A DNA stretch of 63,958 bases, the filler included, from Octopus bimaculoides (Eukaryota): the NCBI RefSeq assembly GCF_001194135.2. It is 5 parts of 4 records of this genome, joined end to end, with 100 filler letters (N's around TTAATTAATTAA, not from the genome) between each part and the next. Parts side by side here need not be neighbours in the genome. Positions count along the whole stretch, not along the records: positions 45,629 to 58,786 come from NC_068982.1; positions 58,887 to 61,494 come from NC_068982.1; positions 61,595 to 63,958 come from NW_026418296.1; 2 more parts are not named here. The stretch is one strand, 5' to 3'. The number at the start of each line of letters is the position of its first letter. The stretch's first letter is position 1. The notes below the pieces were generated by a model that saw nothing but the letters and a program-made list of their open reading frames with translations, did no database searches and was not told where the DNA came from. A program made the position numbers and the translations under genes. Of this stretch, positions 54,561-63,958 are shown piece after piece.

Positions 54561-55179
54561 CAGCCCGGTTTGCATCTCTGTGTTTGTTTAACCCTAACTC
54601 TGAAGCCACTAACCCCTATGTTGAGCTGTACATCCCTCACAGGGAAAGGACTTTGCATTTATAAGCGTCTCTCTATCTCTGTTTCCAGTAAAACATTCAG
54701 ATTAAACAGCATAATATATCATGTACAGAAAGCCTTTGTTAGAAACTCTATCTTTGGTCTAATTTTTACATATCAAATATTCAGGTGCCATGGTGTGCCT
54801 TCTTCAATCATTCCAGGTTGAATACACAGTTGTGAAAACAGCTATTAGGAGAGTGTATGCCAACTTGATCCAAAACACTGAATTTTTGGCACTCAATTTG
54901 GCTGTATATGTAGGCCTTGCTCACAGAAAGTTCTAGTCAGACCAGCACACTCTCGTGTAAACAACAACCATTCATTGAAAAAATACTCAGTTGTGCACAT
55001 GATTGAATTGTGATTTCTATGTTAGATCAAATGCAATGCTATAACTGTTTATAGTTTAAGATATGTAAAATTCATTTACATTTTACCACTTTAAAACTTC
55101 TCAGTTTGAAATTATGACCATTTTTTACAGAAAACAGTCATTGACGTACAGAAATAAAACAAAAAAAAACACCAAAGGC

Positions 55180-56030
55180 CTCAGTCACTTGGCATTGCCT
55201 CTGTGAGGCCCAACGTTTGAAGATTATGCTTCATCACCTTGTCCCATGTCATCTTGGGTCTACCTCTTCCACAGGTTCCCTCCACAGTTAGAGATGGGCA
55301 CTTCACACAACTGTCCTTGTCAATATGCATCACATGACCATACCAGCACAGACATCTCTCCTGTGCATCACATCTGATGCCTCTTATGCCCAACTTTTCT
55401 CACAAGACACACTCTGTCGTACATGCACACTAACATTGCACATCCAGTGAAGCACACTAACTTCATTTCTTTCAAGCCTTCATATTTCATTGCTGTGTTG
55501 CATGGCTGTTCACACCCAGGCATTGTACAATCTGCCTTTCACTCTCAGGGAGAGGCTCTTTGTTACAAACAGAGGTAGGAGCTCTTTGAACTTTACCCAG
55601 CCTACTCTGGCAGCTGTGCTCTTGGAGCATCTACCTCTGCTACTGACTCGGTCTCCTAGGTAATGGAAGCTACCTACTTCTATTTTCCCCCCACTCGCAT
55701 TTGATGGAGTCTATTTTCTGTACATTTTTTGTGTTAATCGTACCTGTGCACTTCCCACACAAAAACTATTTTGCCAGTTAACCTTCCTCTGATATTGCTG
55801 CACCTCTTATTTGTCCATCACTTGCACTTGGTACATCTTATGGAGTTACTATTATACCTATACCTTTTCTACAGATAGAGCAGGGCCATCTACCTGAAAG
55901 GATTTGTGATTTGTCTGCTCTCCTAATTACTAAGACTTTGGTTTTTGCTAAGGTCTTTTGATTATAAACCTTGCTTCCATGCCTGAAATTTCTCTAATTT
56001 TGGTAGTGATTCAGCTATAAGAACAAGGTA
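55180..56030 (-). mobile_element. RTE-like LINE ORF2 3' part with PHD-like insert in RT (copy 2)
   Basis: SGRWPCSICRKG..SIRCTKCK*WTNKRC..CGKC..FHYLGD..GRPKMTWDKV. Confidence 0.85.
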
Positions 56031-56063
56031 TTCAGCATACGTATGTATATATATGTATACGTA

Positions 56064-56098
<35 letters not shown>

Positions 56099-56700
56099 NN
56101 NNNNNNNNNNNNNNNNNNNNNNNNNNNNNNNNNNNNNNNNNNNNNNNNNNNNNNNNNNNNNNNNNNNNNNNNNNNNNNNNNNNNNNNNNNNNNNNNNNNN
56201 NNNNNNNNNNNNNNNNNNNNNNNNNNNNNNNNNNNNNNNNNNNNNNNNNNNNNNNNNNNNNNNNNNNNNNNNNNNNNNNNNNNNNNNNNNNNNNNNNNNN
56301 NNNNNNNNNNNNNNNNNNNNNNNNNNNNNNNNNNNNNNNNNNNNNNNNNNNNNNNNNNNNNNNNNNNNNNNNNNNNNNNNNNNNNNNNNNNNNNNNNNNN
56401 NNNNNNNNNNNNNNNNNNNNNNNNNNNNNNNNNNNNNNNNNNNNNNNNNNNNNNNNNNNNNNNNNNNNNNNNNNNNNNNNNNNNNNNNNNNNNNNNNNNN
56501 NNNNNNNNNNNNNNNNNNNNNNNNNNNNNNNNNNNNNNNNNNNNNNNNNNNNNNNNNNNNNNNNNNNNNNNNNNNNNNNNNNNNNNNNNNNNNNNNNNNN
56601 NNNNNNNNNNNNNNNNNNNNNNNNNNNNNNNNNNNNNNNNNNNNNNNNNNNNNNNNNNNNNNNNNNNNNNNNNNNNNNNNNNNNNNNNNNNNNNNNNNNN

Positions 56701-56801
56701 ATATATATATATATATATATATATACGACGGGCTTCTTTCAGTTTCTGTCTGCCAAATCCACTCACAAGGCTGTGGTCGGCCCAAGACTATAGTAGAAGA
56801 C
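56701..56801 (-). mobile_element. SINE family B fragment truncated at the palindrome
   Basis: gacgggcttctttcagttt..tagtagaagacac matches the family and stops abruptly. Confidence 0.8.
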
Positions 56802-57703
56802 ACTACAGCAGCGGTACTGGATATTAATAGTTATTGGCAAGCTAATATGGCAGTCCAGGAAAAATAGGACGAATGCTGCCGTTGATTACCTCCAAGAGAC
56901 CATCGCCTGTAGCTAGCTATGTGACACACAAACGTATGTCCATTATAACCTTCAAGCAGGGGAAGTTAACAGGCTCCCCTTCCTGTTTCAACATCCACAG
57001 ACTACTTTTGTTGTATTTGCCGCTTATCAATGTGGAATAGCTGAACCCAGCAGGCGTCACTCCTGACCGTCTGTTCAAAGGTTTATTTTCCTATATTCAG
57101 TGGAATACATCCACTGGTTTTCAAAAATAGAAATATTAACATTTCTAAATCTCTCTAAAGGAGACTACGGCAGTGATACTGGATATTAATATTTATCGCC
57201 AAACTAACATGGCAATCCAGGAAAATAGGACAAATTCTGCCATTGATTACCTCCAAGACTAGATGGCCTCTTAGAGCTATTCAACGGCAGCATTCATCCT
57301 ATTTTCTTGGACTGCCATGTTAGCTGGTGATAGCTATTAATGTCCAGTACTGCTGCCGTAGTCTCCTTTTGAAAGATTTAGAAATGTTAATATTTCTCTT
57401 TTAGAAAACCAGTGGATGTATTCCACTGAATATAGGTAAATAAACCTTTGAACAGATGGTCAGGTGCAACGCCTGCTTCGTTCAGCCACTCCGCATTCAT
57501 AAGGGGCAAATACTCCAAAACTAGTCAGTGGATGTTGAATCAGCAAGGGGAAACTGCTGATCTCCCCTGTTCGAAGGTTATAATGGACACAGGTTTGTGT
57601 GTCACATAGCTAGCTAGAGGCAATGGCCTCTTGGAGCTAATCAACGGCAGCATTCATCCTATTTTTCTTGGACTGCTATGTTAGCTTGGCGATAACTATT
57701 AAT
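56802..57703. repeat. ~900-bp imperfect palindrome of a 362-bp tandem unit
   Basis: Unit starts at 56802 and 57164; centre ~57260; 57263-57703 is the reverse complement of ~56822-57258. Confidence 0.92.
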
Positions 57704-59030
57704 ATATATATATACATATAAAATACAGTGTACATTTAAACACATCAGAGATGTCCATAATAGGACAACTAACCTGCTAGAAGGAGCAGTGAAAACCCCA
57801 CACCACAATTAGGGATAATTTCGAAAGGGAATGAAAAAGTATATATAACAATCGCTAGCTTGTGTCGTCAATATATGTATAGATAAGTAAAGTCAATGCA
57901 GTCACCTGAAAAAGACCATTCTTGCCCAAAAAGCGACAAAGAAACAGTTACTTTTTAAACAGCATTGTGAGAATTCTTGGTGAAAAGATCAGTTTCACTC
58001 GGTTTGTCCAGCTGATGTAGTCAGTGTATCTGCTCTAGTACAATGAAAATGTATGAATGTAACTCAAAAATGGCTCTAAAAACCTTTTTATTGTATATGA
58101 CTTTAGTCAATGTAGAACATAAATAGTTGCATAAATATTTTTCATTATTTTTCCTACATTGAATTTAATCTACAATTCCTATAAGCTCACAAATGCATAT
58201 GAGGTTGCTGGTATTTGAACCTCAGATCAAGCAGTTTCAACTTGTGCAGGCTAAGTGACTTAATAAGTATCCAAACATACATGTAACCTTGAGACAGAAA
58301 CTGATTGACACCTTTTGGCATGAAGCAGCTTGCATACATTGCTAACTTCTCGCTGCATGTAAATTAATAAAGTCTTCTGCACTTTTACGCTCAGTTTTGC
58401 ACAAAATAGTCAAAAAAAAGAGAATCCTAATTTTTTCTTCCCTACTGAAATTTTTCAAAAGCGAACCCTCTCTACTATATGTAGAAAAAATTGCTCTATT
58501 TCACAAAATTGATTTGATCAAAATCACCCAAAGCACGACTGAATGGCAGGCATAATCACCTTTGAATGAGGAATTCCATGTAAAACAGATTTAATTGATT
58601 TTCTCAGTAACTATAGGGGCTAGCAAAAAAAAATACAAATGGCAGCACAATCTACGGATACGTCTCTAGCTGTGTGCCATTTTTCACGCAAATCCACCTA
58701 GCCATTTGGCCATGAACCTCAAGACAAGAAAGAAAGAATACAAGAATACAATGATCACTCATGTCCAATTTATATAACATATATATNNNNNNNNNNNNNN
58801 NNNNNNNNNNNNNNNNNNNNNNNNNNNNNNTTAATTAATTAANNNNNNNNNNNNNNNNNNNNNNNNNNNNNNNNNNNNNNNNNNNNATATATATATATAT
58901 ATGTATGTATGTATGTATATATGTATGTATGTATGTATGTATTTACGTATGTATGCATGTATGTATGTATGTATGTACGTATGTATATGAGCAAATGAAT
59001 CATTTATTGATGTATTCATATATATATTAT

Positions 59031-59065
<35 letters not shown>

Positions 59066-59085
59066 AGCAAATGAATTATTTATTG

Positions 59086-59119
<34 letters not shown>

Positions 59120-59124
59120 ATATA

Positions 59125-59470
59125 CTCTTTTATTCTTTTATTCTTTTATTTGTGTCAGTCATTTGACTGCGGCCATGCTGGAGCACCGGCTTTAATCGAA
59201 GAAATCGACCCCAGGACTTATTCTTTGGAAGCCTAGTACTTATTCTATCGGTTTCTTTTGCTGAACCGCTAAGTTACGGTGATATAAACACACCACCATC
59301 GGTTGTCAAGCGATATTGGGGGGACAAACATACATACATACATATACATACGACGGGCTTCTTTCAGTTTCCGTCTACCAAATCCACTCACAAGGCTTTG
59401 GTCGCCCCGAAGCTATAGTAGAAGACACTTGCCCAAGGTGCCATGCAGTGGGATTGAAACCTGAACCCGG
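59125..59470 (-). mobile_element. SINE family B
   Basis: Family match; internal (TACA)n; head truncated. Confidence 0.85.
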
Positions 59471-60281
59471 AACGTTTGTTGTTTATTTCTCTACGATTGT
59501 TTATGTATACCTTATTGTAAATATACAATTCTTTTTCCTTATACCTGTGCTATTACCTGTAGTTAAAGTAGTAATAGAAGAAGCAGTAGTTATAGCTATT
59601 ATTATTATATTTATTGTTATTAATTACTCTTAGTAATTTTTTTACGAATATTCTAATTGATGAATATTTGATTGTTTACTTATCTATCTATCTATCTACC
59701 TATCTATCTATCTATCTATCAATCTATCTGTCTCTCTGTCTCTCTGTCTATATATCTGTCTGTCTGTCCGTCTGTCTGCCTATCTGTCTGCCTATCTGAC
59801 TGTCTCTCTCTGTGTCTCTTTCTCTTTATATATATATATATATATATATNNNNNNNNNNNNNNNNNNNNNNNNNNNNNNNNNNNNNNNNNNNNNNNNNNN
59901 NNNNNNNNNNNNNNNNNNNNNNNNNNNNNNNNNNNNNNNNNNNNNNNNNNNNNNNNNNNNNNNNNNNNNNNNNNNNNNNNNNNNNNNNNNNNNNNNNNNN
60001 NNNNNNNNNNNNNNNNNNNNNNNNNNNNNNNNNNNNNNNNNNNNNNNNNNNNNNNNNNNNNNNNNNNNNNNNNNNNNNNNNNNNNNNNNNNNNNNNNNNN
60101 NNNNNNNNNNNNNNNNNNNNNNNNNNNNNNNNNNNNNNNNNNNNNNNNNNNNNNNNNNNNNNNNNNNNNNNNNNNNNNNNNNNNNNNNNNNNNNNNNNNN
60201 NNNNNNNNNNNNNNNNNNNNNNNNNNNNNNNNNNNNTATACAAATGTATTGTTTAAACAATGATAATAGCAAATGAAATGA

Positions 60282-60366
<85 letters not shown>

Positions 60367-61439
60367 GCCCCAAAATAGAGCTAACGACTATAAATGGATG
60401 GATTGATGGATGGATGAAATGATGGATGGATAAAAGAAAAACAAAACGTAGTTGTACTACTCACGTTTAGAGTTACATGTAGATATATATAAATATATTA
60501 TATAAATATATATATATATATGTGTGTGTGTATATCTCCGTACAATGTGTATGTGTCTCCTGCAACAGTCTATATAACTCCTGCAACAATTTTAGGCATA
60601 AGAGCAGTTTAGTTATAATATCTTATAAAACTATTGTCTTTTTAGAACTCATTCACACAAACACACAACAGATACATGCGCGCGCGCGTCAAAAGAATGA
60701 CACACGCAAACACATACGCCATCAATTGCGCATACATAGGTCAACACATGCGCATACACTCACATTCTCATACATACTCACAGACGATTATTTACGTTCA
60801 CAAGCACTCGTACAGACGGACGCAGGCACAGACATACACAAAGGCAGCGCACGCACACACGCGCGCACACACGCACGCACTCACGCAAACACGTCGCACA
60901 CGCACACGCACACACACACACACACACACACAAAAATACACACACACAAAGACACAAATAAATGCACGCACCCATACACACACGTTAAAGACACGCAAGT
61001 AACATATACATGTTCAATCACTCATTCATACATACATACATACATCATATATACATACACGCATACATACATATACGTACCCATGTACATACCTAGATAC
61101 ATGCATAGCATTCCATGATGACTGGTATGCACACGCACCTAGGGAACACTCACATACACATACGCTAGAAGCTATCTATAGTTACACGCTTCTAGCATTT
61201 ATAGACGCACATACATTCACAGCTGTATACACACTCAGTGACAAACACAGTGTTAAAAACAAACAACACATACATATACACTCTCTCACAGGTACGCATT
61301 CCAGTTTTCCCTCACAATGTCATATACATATAAGCACGCAGCAGGAAACGGTTGAGTCGCCACCCACCTCAACTTAACACAGGAACGTAGAAAAGTCACA
61401 TATATTGTCAGACTAGTAAATAAAAACATACATACACAG

Positions 61440-61473
<34 letters not shown>

Positions 61474-62655
61474 GTATATATGTATATATATATANNNNNN
61501 NNNNNNNNNNNNNNNNNNNNNNNNNNNNNNNNNNNNNNTTAATTAATTAANNNNNNNNNNNNNNNNNNNNNNNNNNNNNNNNNNNNNNNNNNNNATGTAT
61601 GTATGCATGTATGCATGTATGTATGTATGTATACATGCATGCATGTATGTATATGTACATATACATGGTGGATTTCCGTACAATTTGTGACAACCTAAAT
61701 CCACTCAGTATATATTAATCAAACCAATGGCAGTGTAAGAAAATCGTTGCCCAACGCATCCAAAGAGATCAAAAGTGGATCGGTTAGGTAAACCCGTCGT
61801 TGCGATGCATGCCTCTTAACCACTTAACTAGCCTCCTCTAACTACTGTTCCACCTTTAAATTACACAGATGTTCTTACTTCATCAAAAATACGAACACAT
61901 ATTAATGGCCATCGATAAGTTATGTAAATAGATACTTAAATACTTTTTGTGTATAGAAAATAAAAGACTGACGTTTCATTGATTATCAAATGCTATATCT
62001 TCTGGACAACAAAAATATGGTTTAAATTCGCAAATGCTTTGATGTATAGAAATAAGTTATTCTGCTGTTGCATAAGTAATTACAAAAATACTTTGCTTTT
62101 ATATAAAAAGACAGGTGAATTCTTATAGCTGTAACATAATTGCTATGTAATTAATCTTCTGTCACCTCTTCATTCATTTTTTCACACTATCATTATATTA
62201 TGGTGCAACATAAAGATGCTCTATGGAGGTATTAAATATGATAATTAATTTGAATGACTATCTACTCTTTACTGTTCCATTAATCTGTACAAAAGACATA
62301 CGAGATACAGACGCAAGCTTGCCCAGTGGGAAATAATGAATATATATACANNNNNNNNNNNNNNNNNNNNNNNNNNNNNNNNNNNNNNNNNNNNNNNNNN
62401 NNNNNNNNNNNNNNNNNNNNNNNNNNNNNNNNNNNNNNNNNNNNNNNNNNNNNNNNNNNNNNNNNNNNNNNNNNNNNNNNNNNNNNNNNNNNNNNNNNNN
62501 NNNNNNNNNNNNNNNNNNNNNNNNNNNNNNNNNNNNNNNNNNNNNNNNNNNNNNNNNNNNNNNNNNNNNNNNNNNNNNNNNNNNNNNNNNNNNNNNNNNN
62601 NNNNNNNNNNNNNNNNNNNNNNNNNNNNNNNNNNNNNNNNNNNNNNNNNNNNNNN

Positions 62656-62708
<53 letters not shown>

Positions 62709-63074
62709 AAAAAATTAAAAAGCAAAAGCGAGAAAAGTACAAGAGACGTTGACAGTCAAATTTATTTGACCTTCAAGTATGAATGGAAAGAGTTGAGAGT
62801 ATTACGTTTCGGACTTAATCTTTCTTCAGAAACTATAGAAAAGTTCAAGGGAACTGGGACGAGAAGGAAAGCGATACATACATTCATACATGCATAAATG
62901 AATACGCCATACACCATTTAGTGTTACTTATAATGAGAACTTTAAGAGGAAGAAAGAAAAGATACAAAAGAAAATAATAGTCACATGTTTTTCTCCCTTA
63001 CAAGTAAAATGGATGAGGCAATAAATAAGCTGTTTATATTATATATTCGTTTATATTTAAGAATATAGTACATA

Positions 63075-63297
63075 ATACTTTCTACTTCCGGCAAAGGACC
63101 TGAAATTTTGAGGGGAGGGGACTAGTCGATTACATTGATCCCATTGCTTAACTGGTACTTATTTCATCGATCTCGAAAGGATGAAAGGTAAAGTCTGCCT
63201 TGAAGGAATTTCAACTCAGATCATAAACACGGGCGAAATAATGCCGCTAAGTATTTTATCCGGCGGCACGAATGAATCTGCCAGCTCGCAGCCTTAA
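63075..63297 (-). mobile_element. SINE family C
   Basis: Family match, diverged. Confidence 0.75.
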
Positions 63298-63499
63298 TGG
63301 ACATAGTATATATAATATAGCATTATACATACATATATACATATATATATATGTCCCAGGACCTCTCAAAACTAGACATCAGTAGCTAAGAATTATTTAA
63401 GTGTAATTAGATTACCTATGAAGAAAGCCAAACGGACACTGTCCACTTTACAAGAATGGAAGACAACTTGGGATAACGAGACTTAGGTATAAGAAATTC

Positions 63500-63700
63500 A
63501 CAATCGAGTATAACATATCTATTCCCATCATCAGCTGCTAAACGCACATCACTGTGTTTTCGACACCTGGGTAGTACCATTCAATCTGGCGATATCAACA
63601 GCGTTAAAAATATGAACATTGCCTGGGCATCCACCAGATTATTACTACAAGTGACAACAAATAGTGATGACTTATAGCTACAGAACTGTACACATAACAA
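63500..63700 (+). mobile_element. Old RTE RT fragment
   Basis: FRHLGSTIQSGDI..IAWAS resembles the RTE FKYLGS..RIxxAW motif. Confidence 0.4.
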
Positions 63701-63958
63701 AGAACTTATTCCAAAAAAGGACAGTCAAATAATATGGATGGGTGTGTGTATTCATATTCAGATTAACATTCAGTACATCTACACCAGAAACATGGCTGTG
63801 CTACGATTTTCTGTGTGTCTATAACGATCAGCAAAATATATGATATTTACACTTGGCGGAGAAAGCTAATCAACTTTTGAAAGTAATCCAGTAATGTGAT
63901 TGTCTCTCCATTAGTTGCCATAAATTACTTCGTTTATTACCCACAATTTTACTATATA

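Noticed and set aside
56802-57703. CRISPR array or protein-coding repeat
   Set aside because: No short repeat-spacer periodicity, stops in all frames, and eukaryotic context

Overview
AT-rich, microsatellite-dense animal genomic DNA with many assembly gaps. The SINE and LINE families look like those of Octopus (inferred from recognition, not a database search). Most interpretable sequence is decayed mobile DNA. It includes three abundant tRNA-headed SINE families and LINE relics of the RTE, CR1, L1/Tx1, R4/Dong and Penelope types. DNA-transposon relics include pogo, hAT, Helitron-like and foldback/MITE-like elements. One candidate host gene can be built by hand on the minus strand from five exons with canonical GT-AG sites (46003->36146), and I cannot assign its protein to a known family. 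Its penultimate 57-nt exon has an in-frame UGA (CAA-UGA-CGA), after which the frame stays open into a Cys-containing last exon, and the UGA lies in a 10-bp stem that closes across the splice junction. Other highlights are a ~900-bp palindrome built from a 362-bp unit, a TAA-microsatellite-targeted R4/Dong LINE and a near-complete minimal hammerhead ribozyme motif. There is also a TSD-flanked foldback element holding an internally deleted RTE, and PHD fingers in both a pogo transposase and an RTE reverse transcriptase. All translations and alignments were done by eye; TE boundaries are approximate.
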